NCBI RefSeq assembly: GCF_006345805.1
Contig: NW_021832440.1
Location: 62,001-126,000 of the forward strand
DNA from: Octopus sinensis
Lineage: Eukaryota
Length of the DNA stretch: 64,000 nucleotides
Reading direction: 5' to 3'
Under the pieces are notes generated by a model that had not been told where the DNA came from, did not search any database, and was given only the letters and a program-made list of their open reading frames with translations. Position numbers and translations under genes: made by a program. Shown here one piece after another: positions 63,748 to 64,000 of the stretch; within the stretch, counting starts at the first letter, position 1, and each line of letters starts with the position of its first letter.

Positions 63748-64000
63748 TTAAAAAAACTTAGTCAAAACAGACTTTCCAAAACATGAGAGAAAAAAGTTGC
63801 TAAGGTTTGTTGATATGGAAAACAAATGGAACAAACACAATTGCCACATTTAATTTGCTTTCGAAACGTAAAGTAAAATTTGCTCTTTGTAAAGTTACAT
63901 CAGCCGGGAATAAGAGATTCCGAGTGCACAGATGTTGAATTACTATCCTTCTTTCTTGTACGAAAGGTCCTTCAAGAATATAGAGAATCGATTTTCCCGC
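63748..64000 (-). CDS. Possible 3' exons of an unidentified gene entering from the window end
   Basis: About 60 open codons on the minus strand from 64000, followed by a plausible GT-AG micro-intron; no motif recognised. Confidence 0.25.

Overview
AT-rich animal (metazoan) genomic DNA with a compact gene complement broken by over a hundred tiny spliceosomal introns (about 22-34 nt, mostly 23-28 nt). This architecture best fits a dicyemid mesozoan, which is an inference. The ORF track is fragmented by these introns; manual splicing recovers IP3 3-kinase, NEK4, a nesprin-like CH/spectrin giant, IMPACT, an orphan coiled-coil gene, CHP1, E2F, dynactin p150, G-alpha-q, actin, PDIA4-like, a SUZ microprotein, DHDDS, a small orphan gene and ERH, plus two tRNA-Glu(CTC) genes. 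Between the genes are nested mobile elements: two copies of a satellite-carrying non-autonomous Helitron, pogo/Tigger, Tc1, IS630-like and hAT elements, and LINE remnants of I/Jockey-like, RTE-like, R4/Dong-like and CRE-like types. The most notable signals are (i) acceptor choice that appears to be set by intron length, plus many 3n stop-free introns; (ii) a covarying 3' RNA stem shared by three diverged LINE copies that overlaps their last codons; (iii) RLE retroelements resembling microsporidian ones; (iv) loss of key motifs in nesprin (KASH), p150 (GKNDG) and PDIA4 (CGHC). All calls were made by eye, with no database searches. Some frameshifts look like homopolymer sequencing errors.
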